From the NCBI RefSeq assembly GCF_006345805.1, contig NC_043005.1, positions 90,706,001 through 90,770,000 on the forward strand: 64,000 nt of DNA, in the 5' to 3' direction. The position numbers and the translations under genes were made by a program. How positions within the stretch are numbered: the first letter of the stretch is position 1; each line of letters starts with the position of its first letter. Source of the DNA: Octopus sinensis (taxonomy: Eukaryota). Under the pieces are notes generated by a model. That model ran no database searches. It was not told the DNA's origin and saw only the letters and a program-made list of their open reading frames with translations. Below are positions 1 through 13,830 of the stretch, piece after piece.

Positions 1-1112
1 AAAGGCGATCTACGTCTGCCTTTGGGTGGTGCATCCTATTACAACTCAGCAGCTTGCGTATTTTCCTATCTATATTCTTTACTTCACTCATATTCCAGTT
101 CAACACATTGTAGCTATAAGTAACAACTGGAACTGCTAAGGAATTTATAGCTAACACCTTGTTACGTGCATTTAGTTCAGATTTCAGGACTGCACGAACT
201 CTCCTATAACATTCCTTCCTGATCTTCTCTTTCATGCTTGCATGCTGAATACCAGAGCCTTCATTTATCCCTTAATATTTGTATGTTTGTTCTTGCTCAA
301 GCTCTCTTATGACTGTGTCAACATCTAACACGACTGAATTTGTGGTCTTCACTTTCCCTTTCTGGAAAGTGGCCTTGGCACACTTCTCAAGCCCAAACTC
401 CATCCCGATGTCATCACTGAATGCTTTCACAGTGCGCAATAGGCCTTCAAGTTCATTATCGTCTTTACCATAGAGTTTTAAGTCATCCATATAAAATAGA
501 TGGCTTACTTTTTTATTGGCAATTTTATACCCATACCCTGTTCTGTTTAATTCACTTGTAAGGGGTATTAGGGCTATGCAGAATATTAAAGGTGAAAGTG
601 AGTCACCTTGAAAAATTCCACAGTTGATGTTTATATTTTCTTAGGCAAGTACTCCATTAGAGTGGTATAATTGGAGATTCGTATTCCACAACGACATATT
701 GTGCTTCAGGAAGCTTGAAATCACAGGGGAAATTTTGAAGATGTCCAGCGATCTCAAGATCCATGGATGCGGTATACTGTCTAAGGCCTTTTTATAGTCA
801 ATCCATGCGGAGCTGAGATTTCTGCGCTTGTTGTGACAGTTCTCAAGGATCATACGATTAATTAGCAGTTGATCTTTGCATCCGTATGAGCCTCGGCGGC
901 ACCCTTTTTGTTCAATGGGGAAAATATCGTTCTTCTCCATGAATGCATATGTTTTCTCCGCCAGGATAGATGTTAGGATTTTATACGTGGTGGATAGACA
1001 GGTTATAGGCCGATAGTTTTTTGGAAGGTTGGTTTCGTTATTCTTTGGGAGTAGGTAAGTAATACCACTTGCTAACCATTCAGGTGTTTTCTTTGGGTCT
1101 CTCATAATTCCA

Positions 1113-1115
<3 letters not shown>
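1..1115 (-). mobile_element. 5'-truncated, inactivated R4/Dong-like non-LTR retrotransposon (RT region), runs off the window start
   Basis: One frame reads MRDPKKTPEWL...YRPITCL...QKGCRRGSYGCKDQL...GIFQGDSLSP...HLFYMDDLKL...FGLEKC...MHHPKADVDRL, with in-frame stops at 641-643 and 272-274. It is similar but not identical to the 1399-5217 element. The 5' end abuts (TAA)n. Confidence 0.92.

Positions 1116-1177
<62 letters not shown>
1116..1177. repeat. (TTA)n microsatellite between two Dong-like elements
   Basis: About 20 perfect TTA units. Confidence 0.98.
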
Positions 1178-1178
<1 letters not shown>

Positions 1179-4100
1179 TATGTTTGACTTTTGCTTTATA
1201 TTTGTACAAGTTGGCTCCAAGTCTCACCCAGAGACCTCAAGAGACAACAGGGTTGGAAGTTCATGTTGTTGTTATGCCTAGTGTGCCATATATTTGGGGG
1301 GTGGGGATGTTGTACTAATGAATGTCTAAAAAAAAAAAGGTTTTTTTTTTGTTTTGTTTTTTTTAAACCGAAAATTATGTTTGTTTTAAACCTTGAGATT
1401 ACATAGAGAGTATTTTGCGTAGGATATGAGCAGTTCCCATGAGCACTATCTTTTGAACTTCTGCCATTTTTGGGTTTCCTGGTATCTGAGTTAGGTAGCT
1501 ATCAGCCCCTTTTGCTATCATTCCCAGGGCACCTATGACAACAGGTATTGTTTTAGTCTTCAGCTTCCACATTTTGCTGATTTCTATTTCAAGATCTTTA
1601 TATTTGCTCAGTTTTTGGTAGGTCTTGACAGATACGTTTATATCGATTGGGACAGTCATATCAATGAGGTGGCATGTTCTTTGTTTGAAGTCTTTCAATA
1701 TGATGTCTGGCCTATTTGCATCTATCTTCCTGTCAGTTTGAATGGTGAAGTTCCAGAGGAGTGAGATGTGGTCATTTTCAAGCACTGGGGGTGGTTTGTG
1801 TTCCCACCAGTTTTTTTCATGGGGCAAATCCAGGTTTTTACAGATTACCCAGTGAATATATTGTGCAGCTCTATCGTGCCTGTTGAGATACTCTGTAGGC
1901 GCTAGAAGACTGCACTTGGAGACCACATGGTCAACGGTTTCATTTTGTTGCTTGCATACACGACACGTTGGACTGCTTCTGATCTTTAATATGTTGGCCT
2001 GGTAGTTTCTTGTTGGTAGGCATTGATCTTGAGCTGCTATGATAAACCCCTCTGTTTCAGATTTTAAGCCAGAGGCCATTAGCCATTGATGGGTCAGGGC
2101 TTTGTCGATATCTGCATTATTCGCTCTCTTTGGGTATTTGCCATAGAGAGGTTTTTCTTGCCATTTATTATTCAGAATATCTAAGGCCGCAGTTTTGGCA
2201 CGGGTTTTCATGCGCCTAGCTTTTTCTGTGCTTGTTTCTTGTATATCTATCTCTAATTCCGAAATTGGTTGTATTCGGAATTCACTTAGATATTCCTTTG
2301 CCTGTTTTGTGACTGAGTATGATGCTTTCTTGTTTTCATGTTTTGAGACAAGTTTTAACATCCAGTCCTCAGAGTTTTTCAGGTAGGTGTCTAGGCCAAT
2401 TGTAGCAATCTTCATTGTTATTGCCAGTTGCAAAAGACCACGGCCTCCCTCTTTTCTTGGCAGATAGAGTCGTTCTGTAAATGCCTTAGGGTGGTGCATT
2501 CTATGCATTGTCAACAGTTTCCTTATTTTTCTGTCGAGCTGACATATTTCAGTAATTGACCAGTTAACAATATTGAAACTGTAAGTCACGACTGGTATAG
2601 CTAATGCATTGATCGCTTCGATCCTGTTTCTTGCATTCAACTCTGTCTTGAGTATTGCTCTCACTCTTCGATAGCATTCTCTCCTGATCCTTTCCTTCAT
2701 CTCTGAATGCCTTATTCCGTTCCCTTCAATTACCCCTAGGTACTTGTAGCTCTCCGCTGGGTCTAGTTCTTTTATGACATTCTGTTGGTCAAGGTTAACG
2801 TTAGATGTTTCTGTCATTTTTCCTTTGATAAAGGTAGCCTTTGCACATTTATCGAGGCCGAATTGCATTCTGATGTCGTCACTGAATTGTTTGACTATCG
2901 CTAGTAAGCCCTTGAGTTGTTGATCATTTTTTGCAAAAAGCTTTAAATCATCCATGTAAACGAGATGATTTATATTTTTATCAAACATTTTATACCCGTA
3001 CTGCGCGTCATTGAGCAGCTTTGTGAGAGGTATTAAGGATAAACAAAAGAGGAGTGGTGACAGTGAGTCACCCTGGAAAATGCCACACGAAATTTTTACA
3101 TCACCAGCATTTAGGGATTCACTGTCACTGTTCAGAGTTAGTGTGGTTCTCCATGATCTCATACTTACAGTCAAGAAGTTTCGCAGAGTTGGTGCTATCT
3201 TATACATTTCAATGCATTTCCTAATCCAGCTATGTGGTAGGCTGTCAAAAGCCTTTTTATAGTCTATCCAGGCTATTGATAAGTTTTTGTGTCGTTTGTG
3301 ACAATCTTCTAAGATCATCTTATTGATGAGTAGTTGGTCTTTACAGCCGTAGGATCCACGTTTACATCCTTTCTGTTCATTAGGGAATATGCTGCTGTCT
3401 GTTAAAAAACTATAGGTATATTCCGTCAGGACAGATGTTAGTGTTTTGTACATAGTTGTTAAGCAGGTTATGGGTCTATAGTTTTTTGGTTCATTTGTTT
3501 CTTCACTTTTTGGAAGCAGGAATGTTAACCCATTAACTAGCCAAGGAGGCATCCTACTAGGGTGTTGCAAAACATCATTGTACAGTTCTGTTAGCAGTTC
3601 ATGGCTCTCTGGGAAGGCATTCAGCCAGAAGTTAGGAATTTTATCCTTTCCTGGAGACTTCCATTTGCTTGACCTCCTGAGAGCAGATCTTATATCTTCT
3701 ACCTTGACACCCTCCCACTTTTGCTCTTCTAAGGGGTCCAGTTCTGTAGATATTCTGTCAATCCAGGGGGCCTTTTCGTTGTGTGTTTTTTCTTCTGCCC
3801 AGATTTTATTCCAAAATCTCTGCACTTCTTCTTTTGATGGTACAGACCCTGCAGTAAACGCTGTTTTTCCTATCTTCCTGTAAAAATTCTTGGTGTTATT
3901 TTTGAACATGTTGTTGTCCTTGAAAAATCTAACACGCTTTTCATACCTCGCTATGCGGGCAGCTTTGGCAGATACCTTTTGTTTGATGGTTTCTATGGTG
4001 GCATCAATATCAAGTATAGTTTTCATATTGTATTTTTTCAGTAATTTTTGGGTTTTTGTAGGTTTGGTAGTCTTGTGAGCCTTAAGGTTTTTCAAATATT

Positions 4101-5342
4101 CAATGTCAGATCTAAATATTTTAATTTGTTGTTGCAGACGCTCTTGCCAAGAAGGCTTTTTGTGGGACTGTTGCCGTTTTCTAATCTTTACACCACATAG
4201 GATCGTTGAGATTTTCGCGGATGCATAGTATAGGTGGTTGAGGTTTGTGATATCAACATCATTAACTGAAATTATATCCTTAAGTGCAAGCCGGATTTTA
4301 CCAATTATTTTCATGTTTTGGTTAGAGTCGCGGATTTTAGGAAGTGTATCACGCTCATCCATGCTGGTTTCTTTAATTTTCAGCCATTCAATCATGATTT
4401 GATTTTTTAGCTCATGTAGTTCTGTTGGGTCAATATTTGTGTGACTTTCTTTATCTATTTGATGCTCATCTGTCTTAGTGTTTATGATTGGTTCAGGGAG
4501 TATTTCACTTTGCCTATCACTTATACTAACTCTTTCAATCCTCTCTTCGTTTTTATCCGCCCTGGGCTGGTCTATAATCATTTCCTCTGTATTATCTTCT
4601 CTAGCTGCAGCTTCGTTCATTTTATCCGATATTGCTTGTCTAACCTGATCAATCTCTACTTCAGTCAGTAATTTCTTTTTTATAATGTTTCTTCTAACAT
4701 TGGCAAGCTTGTTACTGTCTATGTAGGGTCTTACTTCATGGTGTTTCTGTCTCCAGTTTAAGTATGCTTGTACAGTGCTAGACTTATCTGTGGGGAAATA
4801 TATGGCATGGTAGAAGGCCTCAAGAACTTCTTTATTATCTTCCCTAGACCATTTTTCCTTCTTTTTCTTTTGATTATTTGGTGATGAGCATGGATGGCCA
4901 TCTGTTGGAATATTCCGGTTGTGGGGTTCGTCCAGCTCCTGTGTGTTGGGAAGATTTGATCCAGTAACTCATTTTTCAATCAGGATTTGGTTCAATTTTC
5001 GGGTACGTGGTCTTTTGTAATCCGCGCAATGACCAATGCGGTTTATTGTTTGATTTGTTGACCTTGAAGCATGACGAGCATCCATTCTTATATTAGGAGA
5101 TGGATCTGTCAGTTTAGGGTTCACTACATGTAAGCATTGCTCATAGCGCCGCTTCTTAAGACTAGCAGATCTATATTCGTCTGTATTTTTTTTGTTGATA
5201 GTTTTATCTCCGGACATTTTTTTTTTTTCCTTTCCTCCTCTTCCTTTCTTCAAGGCTCACTGTGTCTGTATTAGTTCGAAATAATGAGAATAAAATACGG
5301 AGAAGGAAACGAAAAGAAAGGGAAAAAGACGGGATCTGTCAG
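1178..5342 (-). mobile_element. Full-length R4/Dong-clade non-LTR retrotransposon
   Basis: Single long frame, about 220-nt 3' UTR ending in (TAA)n, degenerate TAA run at the 5' side (5343-5357). No apurinic endonuclease domain seen. Confidence 0.9.
1399..5217 (-). CDS. Retrotransposon polyprotein (N-terminal Myb-like region, RT, CCHC knuckle, restriction-like endonuclease); 1272 codons with one internal TGA at 4969-4971
   Basis: Track ORFs 4969..5253 and 1399..4620 are in the same frame, and 4621-4968 is open (KEKWSREDNKEVLEAFYHAIYFP...). Motifs: QGDSLSP, YMDD, CRVCKQQNETVDHVVSKC, RHD, RPD...D...KYKDL. Confidence 0.9.
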
Positions 5343-6121
5343 TTATTATTGTTATTACTATCATCTTCACCACCATCACCATCATCAGCAACATCACCAT
5401 CACCATCATCATCTTCAATGACATTGTTTTATGTGTAGCCACAGCCACCATCAACACTCCATTGTGTTGGAGAATGGTTGGTTAAAGAATTCATGTTCTT
5501 TGGGTCTATAAATAGCTACGGTAGATGGTGGAGACAAAGGACGTTAATGGTCAGTAAAAGGTCAAACCTGTTTACATTTATTTATTTATTTTTTTCCTTT
5601 CTCTTTTCTTCCTCACCACATGCATATGTATATGTATATATATGTATATTCACTCACACATATTATCTGATGTTTTCGTCGAAGATTTTTTTTTTTTTTT
5701 TAATTAACTTTCTGAGTTCAATGTTATGTATATATTTTTAAATTTCTGAATTCAGTTGTATGTATATAGTAGTAGGTGCTTAATTCCATAACTTTTTATC
5801 GTGCATTTAATTGTGTTGTTACAATAAAAGGTAATTTAAAAGGCAATTTTACACATTCTTATAGTCATGAGAGACGATTAAATGTAAATGTTCACACAGA
5901 ATTGGAGATATTTATGTTTCTAATTTTTCTTGTTAGGTGTACGTTTGTATGAGCTGTAGATATGTAAGTTTTTTTTTTGACTTATTTTGAGGGTAATTCA
6001 AATTACTTACAGAAAACAGTAGATCTTCCAGTTTTCTACAGTTGACCTGCTGGGTTCGCTGTTGCCAGTTCAGAGCATCGTAAAAATACGTCCATCCTCT
6101 GTCACGTCCAGCCGCCTTCCC

Positions 6122-6176
<55 letters not shown>

Positions 6177-6185
6177 CATTATTAT
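6122..6185. repeat. (TTA)n microsatellite
   Basis: About 21 TTA units, forming the tail of the adjacent fragment. Confidence 0.97.
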
Positions 6186-6516
6186 TTTTGCCTTTGCCCA
6201 GTTTCTAACGCTGGTGATATATTACCGTGTCGGGTGTTCACTACCAGTGAACTATGGTAACACCTCTTATTTCTTGAGCACCTTCCGGAGTATTCGAGCG
6301 GTTCCATGCAGTGCTGTTTTATGCAAGTGCTCCACCCTTATTGCAGCCCCTATTTGTTCTATGTACTTCTCAAGATTTTTACTCACTATTCGCAGGGTAC
6401 TACTACGAATTATTGGTACTACTACCACCTTTTTCATCGACCACAACTACTTAACCTCCCAAGCTAACCTGTCATATCTATCGATTTTTCTTTCTTCCTT
6501 ATCGCATACCTTTCCT
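6186..6516 (-). mobile_element. 3' fragment of a third R4/Dong-like element
   Basis: Minus frame KVCDKEERKIDRYDRLAWEVK*LWSMKKVVVVPII...VEHLHKTALHGTARILRKVLKK* parallels the endonuclease C-terminus of the full element (GTAHILRKIL). It is followed by a short UTR and (TAA)n. Confidence 0.85.
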
Positions 6517-7811
6517 CACAATAAGAACTGCCTTCAATCAATCAGTCAGTTCGTCCTTCCGTGTGTCTGTATGCCTATCAATCTATCTATCTGTCTGTCT
6601 GTATTTTTTATTTCAATCTTTCATCGATTGATGACTCACCAGCACTCTCCACTTCAGTGTCTTTCATTCAGTCATTTCAGAAAGCAGTCCAAAGATTATT
6701 TTCTTACAGCCATTTTAAAGTTCATTTTATTATCGAACAGTTAGTTTATCATGTAATTCCATAAAACAAGTCAAAACTAGTGACGCAGCGACAACAATCT
6801 ATTACCTTTTACTTCGATTTCTCACTGAAAATACTCCTCTTTTTTTCTCGCTCTCTCGTCAGTGTATGTACGTACGTATGAACGTATGTTTGTATGTATG
6901 TTCTCTTTCAAGAAGTAAGTTTAGTACGTAATGGAAAGAAAATAAATCCTAGTTCTTCAAATTTTTTATAAGAAAACTTACGCATAAAGATTCGTTTCCC
7001 TCTGTTCAATTCTAATTAGTTTCTTTAAAATATTACAAACATGTTCACACATGGTCAATTGTATGTTTCTCTCGACAGAGTTGGATATTTTTCAGATATA
7101 AAGACTTTTACTGGTCAGTTGGAATACCTATGAGGATCTCATAGGTATCACAATAATGAAAATGTAAAATTCACTAAAACTTATGAATATACAGACATTG
7201 GTCGTCAAAATTTTCTGTCGTGGTTTTCTGTATATAATGTTAAAAATAGAAATAAAGACAATTAAAAACTAATTTGTATTTTGAAGTATTAAATGTTTTT
7301 TTTTATTTCAATATTGTTTTACCAACTTTTATTTCATTCTTTGTTGAATATATACGTAAATTTCAATGAAATCAAGTACTGCTCATTCAGGTTGTAAACA
7401 ACGGCTCATGCACTAGTTTTAATAAACTGTTTCGAACAGTTCCTCAAGCACGAACGCAGCTCGTTGTCGTTCGCTTACATTCTTAATAGTTTATCAGCTT
7501 TCTTCCTCCCAGGAATGGTTTAGTTGGTCTTCCTCTGTGAACTATACTTTTCTGCAGGTTTTCCATTCCAGTATCTTAGAAAAGGTGCAGTGTTGGATCT
7601 TTTATTTCTAAAATCTGCCGGTCAAAGTGAAAAGATCCGCAGTATTTACTGTAATGGCTTCTTTTCATTAGGGTTAAAATTTATGATACTCTTTTGAAAT
7701 ATTCCTTCTGAAACACTTGTCGTTACAAGCAATGACAGCAACTACAGCTGAAGCAACAATGATGGTTTCCATGAAAACAATAATTTAGAAAACAATAATA
7801 ATTAAAGATAA

Positions 7812-8233
7812 GGATCTTTTCGGTTTGAACGGCAGTTTTTTTTAAATAATTTCCACGTAACTAAACACTTTTAAACTTCGTATAATGGTAGAATGTGTTT
7901 ATAAAACATCTTTTTCTCTTGGCTTTATTGAGAAAATTCTATGGTTTGTAAGATATTTGTTTTTTTTTTCTTCAATTTCTGCAATTTCAACCAATCAATG
8001 ACGTCTATTGAGGTGAAACCATTCTGTGCGGTATGAATATGTCCCTCGTTTAAGAAACAGATTGGGTTTATTTACATTTCTGAAGAAAAAAAGATACCCT
8101 TCCCCCCACCTCTAGCCCTAACCCTAACCCTAAAACAGATTGAAATGCAATAGATCGATACTAGGGTCATAATTATGGGTGACAATTTCATATGACACCG
8201 CTAGAAAAACTGCCGTTCAAACCGAAAAGATCC
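7812..8233. mobile_element. MITE with ~28-bp TIRs and 8-bp TSD, copy 1
   Basis: TIR GGATCTTTTCGGTTTGAACGGCAGTTTT; TSD AAAGATAA at 7804-7811 and 8234-8241; internal (CCCTAA)3. Confidence 0.9.
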
Positions 8234-9158
8234 AAAGATAAAATCAGTGGTAATTTTTCTGGAGGTGGTGAAATTAACTGCAATAACAACAAAAACAACT
8301 GTAGGAAGTGGTGCAGCATGGGACAATTTTCAAAGTGTTATGCATTCTTTCGTTCGTGATGGGATGATAGACAACTCACTGAAGGCATTGTTATTGTTTT
8401 ACGTGTTTATTTTGCTTAACCTGTTTACGAACTATCAACATACAGCGGAGCGATACACATTGTGCCTATCCGCCTTAGACGCAGTTCATACTGTTTACTA
8501 ACAAATAGTGCCAATAGTGGGGATGTATTCATACATACGTATAGCTACGTATACACATAGATATAAACGCGTAACACAAAGTGATAAACTTGTACAGTTG
8601 TGTAATATGAAGGATTGCGTGTTAAAAGAATTTGTGGAATAAAAATCAAGGGCTTCGGTGAAAAGTACTAGCTTGGAGAATGAATTACGAATATATTTTG
8701 CCGAAGGCATTAAAAGATTGGTATTCTGCCGGAAATGATAACGAAGAAATTCTAGTTATAGTGTTTGAAAGATTAAGCAATTTTAAAGTCTAACAAAAGA
8801 CAAGTTTTAATCTATCAGTTTACCAAATTCGGTTAGATATATAAACTTTCCCAAGATATTGGAGTTTAACAGGGCATCTTTGACTTTGATAATAATTTAT
8901 TAACAAGTCTCCTCTGCAGCTAGTTCTTTTTGTTTTCAGAACAATGTCTGACGTAAAAGGTGATCAAAGGATATTGAGGCAAGATTTGCTCTTCAACTTC
9001 ATAAAACCATCACCGACAACGACTACCCAAAAGAAACCCATAAATTGGGGGGTTGTCACCTGAGGGATGTAAAGGTGTCATACGCCAGGAGTCATCAACA
9101 AATCGTGGATGCGGCAAAGGTCTGTTACAGCGCATGCTCCCATACTATTACCACTACA

Positions 9159-9532
9159 TCTCTCTATATATAAAGCTGAAGTTGTCTGTGCATGGCAGGT
9201 TTGGTAGCCTTCAACTAACACTATCTCCTCCGAGACCCTGCGGCGCAAGTTGACCAAAATTGAAAGTATGATAGAAGAAGGCTTGCTCTTCTTTCCGTAG
9301 GAGAAAAAAATTCAAATCGGACCATGTTAACACCAAAAATTATTTACATCAAAAAGGTGCTTTTTTTTCTATGAAAATCCCTATTTTTTACGATTTTTTT
9401 GACTGCATTGTCGCCATATTTCGGTGTATTTCAACCAGAAAAATGTTCACTTAATGCAAAATTTTTACTTTTCAAAAATTCCAGTTCTAAAGCGTCGAAA
9501 CAAACCCAAGCAACGCCGGGCGATACTGCTTG
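9159..9532 (+). mobile_element. Non-autonomous Helitron, copy 1
   Basis: 5' TC; 3' GC-rich hairpin then CTTG (CTAG in the other copies); inserted at A|T; four copies in the window. Confidence 0.8.
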
Positions 9533-10660
9533 TTGAGAATTAAATGACAAGATATTTTTCATAAATCTAGGCATTTGTGGAGACGTATCTCACTGATATT
9601 AATTGATAGAGATTATTGTTGATGTAGGTAAATCCAATAGCAAAATGCTTACATCTGCACAGTTCCATCTGACAGATTAGATTGCGTTGCTACTGTGAAA
9701 GTGAACGAACAGTACGTAGTCTATTTTTATATAGTCTATTCGTTTAGCGGATACATTTAATGCATTTAGTTTTTTCTTTTTCTTTTTTTCCGTAGCTGCT
9801 AAAACTAATCGCAAAATATCGACAAAATTTGAGCACCATAAAACTGTATTTAGTGTTTCGAGCAACTTCAACTGCTTGGCGCTATAATAATAAAAAAAGA
9901 AGATAGATAGCTAAACAAATGCATAAATGGGTTGAGCAAAAAGAAAAGTCACCAAGCCACCGGAAAGGTCGCGAACCGCGATGGAAGAACTTTGACGAAC
10001 TTTAAGTTACAAGCAACCGCTTAATTGTTTAACCAGCACATTATACAAACAATTGACCAGTTAGTTCGGTCAGATATAACCAATAGACCGACAAAGAAGT
10101 GGAACTGAACCTGTGCGTATATTTTATTATTATTGGCGTTATGACTCTCCCAAAACACAACAATGTGTGTGTGTGTTTGAGAAGGAGAAAGAGAAAGGAA
10201 GACACTCCCGGGAACACTGGGCGAACAAGATGGATGGGCGGATGGCAACAGCTCGTTAGCTATCTTACAATCACAAGAGAAAATATTGTTTATCTATGTG
10301 AATTTCTTTACATTGTTAAGTTGGTGTCTCTTTTGAGAAATATGTACCATGCTAATTGTTTCATTTTCCTCTTTGGTTTAGGTGCTTTGCGAGCAGGCAG
10401 AGACACTTTCTGGACAGCAGGAGCGCATACCAGAGAGAGAGAGAGGGGGGGAGGGGGGAGAGAGAGAGAAGGGTGGAGGGAGAGAGAGAACTGAATCAGT
10501 TGGTATTAATTTAAATTGAAGTACTTTGCTCAAGGACATAAGACGCCGCTCAGTCCAGGAAGGAATTGAAGCTCGGTATTATAATCGTGACTACTAGACT
10601 ACGCATCGACACTGTGCGCGTGCGTGAGGGTGTGTGCTTGTGTGTGTGTGTATACACTTA

Positions 10661-11064
10661 TACTCTTTTACTCTTTTACTTGTTTCAGTCATTTGACTGT
10701 GGCCATGCTGGAGCACCGCCTTTAGTCGAGCAAATCGACCCCAGGACTTATTCTTTGTAAGCCTAGTACATATTCTGTCGGTCTATTTTGCCGAACTGCT
10801 AAGTTACAGACACGTAAACACACCAGCATCGGTTGTCAAGCGATGTTGGGGTGACAAGCACAGACACACAAACGTATACACACATACATATATACATATA
10901 TACGACGGGATTCTTTGTTTCCGTCTACCAAATCCACTCACAAGGCTTAGGTCAGCCTGAGGCTATAGTAGAAGACACTTGCCCAAGGTGCCACGCATTG
11001 GGACTGAACCCGAAAACCATGTGGTTCGTAAGCAAGCTACTTACCACACAGCCACTCCTACGCC
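10661..11064 (-). mobile_element. tRNA-derived SINE, family B
   Basis: Head GTGGCTGTGTGGTAAG, CCTTGGGCAAGTG CORE-like motif, internal microsatellite, tail ...AAGTAAAAGAGTA; multiple copies in the window. Confidence 0.85.
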
Positions 11065-11233
11065 TATATGTAAACTTTTAGACGCGTATGTGCGTGAAGT
11101 GAGGATTAAGAGACAGGCGATTTTCTTGAAGAGAGAGCAAGATCTATATAAACTTGAACCATTTTAGAAAGTAATGTCGAAGAAATCGCCTTTTGATAAG
11201 TTTGAATCCTTGGGGATAGTTAGAACTATATCT

Positions 11234-11465
11234 ATTTCTTTACTACCCAAAAGGAGCTAAACACAGAGGGGACAAACAAGGACAGACAAAGGGATTAAGT
11301 CGATTACATCGACCCCAGTGCATAACTGGTACTTAATTTATCGACCCCGAAAGGATGAAAGGCAAAGTCGACCTTGGCGGAATTTGAACTCAGAACGTAA
11401 CGGCAGACGAAATACGGCTACGCATTTCGCCCGGCATGTTAGCGATTCTGTCAGCTCGCCGCCTT
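11234..11465 (-). mobile_element. SINE family A (GGCGGCGAGCTG head)
   Basis: Body GTCGACTTTGCCTTTCATCCTTTCGGGGTCGATAAATTAAGTACCAG shared with more than 12 copies in the window. Confidence 0.88.
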
Positions 11466-12809
11466 GACTTGAGTCTCTTTTTATGTAATGCTGTATAAAG
11501 AAAGTACGACATCTCCATTTATCATTACAACCCATCTGTTGGGGTTTGCCTGATTCATTCCGTGTATACTGGCTTTTGAGTAATTTCAGTAGAAGTTGAA
11601 ACACGAAACATTGAAAAGTGAAATAAAATACCTAAATACAGATCCTCCACTGAAAATTATAACTATAATTAGAGTTATAGCAAAAACATTTCTTTCAGAT
11701 TTAATTCAAACTAAATGCAAAACCGAAAGTTATCGCAATTTTTGTCTCAGCTGAAAAGCTGTCCAACTCTGGGGATTGTCTCTCATTAAAATCAATAAAT
11801 AAACAACCACGTTCCTTCTTTTAAAAGTGCCATTTAATTCGTTGTTCGGATTGAAACGAAAATTTCTCCATTATGTCTCTGGCTTCGTTTAGAACTTCAC
11901 TTTCATATGTATTTACCACATGCATTAATTCATTAAATTAAAACTTTCAATTAGAACTAAATCTTTTACGTTGTTTTATGATCAATGTTTTCAATGTCCT
12001 GAATTTCTTGAAACTATCATCTGTTTTAAGTTTAACTACTTTCACTTTATATCACTAAAAATAATCAATAAGATTATTTATTCCATACATAAATGATGTT
12101 TTATTCTCTTAAGCTTTATATTAAGAATACATTATTTTTCAACATTCGTTAATGATGTTTAAACAGAATGCTTGTAAGATGGTATATCAATTTATTTTAT
12201 GGAAATTTATGTTATTACATAAAGTTACGAATGCATTATAATTACCAAACAATATTTTTGACGCATTTACATTTTTTAAATGTATTTCTTATTTTCTTGC
12301 AGGGAATGCATTATAACAATATTGTATATTGTTAGAAACTGCTTTTATACAAGTCGGAACATTCTGTCAGAAAATAAGCAGAAAGTAAGCGTGGTCGTTA
12401 AACAGGGTGAAAGCCAATGGTTTTAATTAAATTTTCAAACTTAGCACTTTTCTAAACATTAGACCTCTTTCAGATGGTTATCTATGTAATTAATATCCAT
12501 TCCTCTAAAGTTAATGTTGATAGCATCTGCCTTACACTATCAGATAAGATATAATTACCTGATCATGACTAGTTGGTCATTAGTTAAAGTCGATTATGTT
12601 TATCTATTATGAAACTAAATGCATTTTATAATTAATTGATATAATAGGCACAATAAAATAAAATGAATGAAAATTAATTTGTACATATCTATAAATTGTG
12701 ATATAAGTAGATTCTGAAGTATTCATAGGTGTTTTGTTTATTTTAATTCAGAAATTTTTAAAAAGCCCATTTTAGAAATAAATAGCCTTCAGCAGATAAA
12801 ATGCTATAC

Positions 12810-12941
12810 CTTTATAGTTTATGATATTTCTGAAACGCAGTTTAATTACTGCCACATTTATAACCACTACTTCTGTATTTTTCTCAACTCTAATAAACAA
12901 TTCATCTGCAGTGTGGATTAAATTTAGAATTTCCTCTTGAG
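12810..12941 (-). CDS. Candidate internal coding exon, unknown protein
   Basis: tttctgtag|CTCAAG...TATAAAG|gtatag; 132 nt; only one open frame (AQEEILNLIHTADELFIRVEKNTEVVVINVAVIKLRFRNIINYK). Confidence 0.35.
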
Positions 12942-13241
12942 CTACAGAAACCCTAACCCTACAGTAATTCATGAAGGAAATTAACCTACTAAGCTACCGT
13001 GCACATCTTTTATTTATTTATTTATTTATTTATTGAAATATTATTCTGCATTAGTAAGATTAGCTATAAAATTGTAACGGTGAAACAGTTTATAAATATC
13101 ATTTTAGAATTAAATCCTATTTGAATTATGAGAATGCTGGAAAGATAAAACACAGGCATTATGAAGTACTAAGTGATACAGATAAGAACTGTAGTTGAGA
13201 ATATTCTGATCTGGTGATCAGTTATTTTGGTAACATTAGAC

Positions 13242-13300
13242 CTGCTTGAGAATTGAGGCCATTGATGGCTGCTCTACAGCAGAAGCAAAGAAACCTGAAG
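13242..13300 (-). CDS. Candidate exon, phase-compatible with 12810-12941
   Basis: tttattctgtag acceptor, weak CAG|gtctaa donor; reads FRFLCFCCRAAINGLNSQA. Confidence 0.2.
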
Positions 13301-13830
13301 CTACAGAATAAATTAAAGTCTAACAAATAACATCAACATACACAAGTAACAACTCATTATTGCTCTGTTAGAACCAGCACTTATGAAGCCTCTGTAGAAG
13401 GGATGCACTATGGCAGAGTATAGTCAAAGAATAGAGTCTGAAACTGGCTGTCATGATCTCTTTTAATTAATTTTGCTCAGGGGATGGAAATGTTTATAGA
13501 TATACTGATTGGGTACCATAACTGAGTTTCATTATGCATGGTTTTAGGCTTTGGATTGAAATTATTAGGTACAGCTGCTTTGGTACTTGCTATTTGGTAT
13601 GACCCTTTGGATGCAAAAACCTACTTTGATGATGGTTTTTCTGATGGTGGACAATTTGGCGCTAAAGGTAGACATGCATACACAGAAACAAACGCATACT
13701 GATAGAGAGATAGAGAGAGAGAGAGAAAGAGATTAAAATGGACTGAAAATAAAATTATTATAATATGGATTTATCTTCCTTCATATGACATATAGATAAA
13801 GACTTTTAATAACATTATACTAATGCTATA

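Noticed and set aside
7124-7148. 11-bp-arm palindrome ATACCTATGAG-GAT-CTCATAGGTAT
   Set aside because: It is isolated and I cannot assign an element or function; probably part of a repeat.
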